Origin: Oligoflexales bacterium
Lineage (GTDB): Bacteria > Bdellovibrionota_B > Oligoflexia > Oligoflexales > Bog-1112
Reading direction: 5' to 3'
Length of the DNA: 37,917 nucleotides
Assembly (NCBI GenBank): GCA_045105515.1
Contig: JBGCDR010000065.1
Location: 1 to 37,917, forward strand
Shown here one piece after another: positions 37,819 through 37,917 of the stretch; position 1 is the stretch's first letter, and every line of letters begins with the position of its first letter. The notes under the pieces were generated by a model. It ran no database searches. It saw nothing but the letters and a program-made list of their open reading frames with translations, and was not told the DNA's origin. The translations under genes were made by a program, and so were the position numbers.

Positions 37819-37917
37819 CACCTACTTTCCATGTATAATCACTGAAACCGCAAAAGATATGATGTAAAAACAGAAAAAACCGCCATATAATATATATGTA
37901 ATATCAACATGCTATGA

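Noticed and set aside
37839..37917. 3' end of a minus-strand membrane-protein gene
   Set aside because: Only about 25 hydrophobic codons are visible and the frame is ambiguous.
1..37917. CRISPR array, prophage, IS element or intein
   Set aside because: No spaced repeats, phage genes, integrase or transposase seen; DnaB is of normal length.

Overview
A 37.9 kb, moderately AT-rich bacterial chromosomal segment made up mostly of housekeeping genes. The short MGLRIRTN-type flagellin, DUF1844, an orphan FliG-C protein and a tandem-FHA protein suggest Bdellovibrionota/Oligoflexia or a related deltaproteobacteria-like lineage (inference). In order: uppP, a YtfJ protein, an XPB-like helicase overlapping a Bax1/DUF790 nuclease, a DHH phosphoesterase, dtd, a folE-yciO-mtnB-like-lipB run, tRNA-Leu(TAG), a double-FHA protein, DUF1844, a divergent ClpB, tRNA-Gln(TTG)-prs-rplY-pth-rpsF-rplI-dnaB (no rpsR), a heptosyltransferase with rimI, HU, gmhA-hinT-manA-FliG-C, and a flagellin. 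Next to the flagellin is an ABC-transporter (Wzm/Wzt) surface-glycan locus with four GT4 genes, two small non-catalytic proteins, gmd and a GT2. I saw no CRISPR array, prophage, integrase or transposase. Best candidates for follow-up: the bacterial XPB-Bax1 module, an unannotated structured RNA upstream of gmhA, an S6:S18-type leader on an operon lacking rpsR, a CsrA-type hairpin on the flagellin Shine-Dalgarno (SD), and stand-alone coiled-coil/DUF4214 proteins in the glycan locus. All calls come from motif reading by eye, without database searches.
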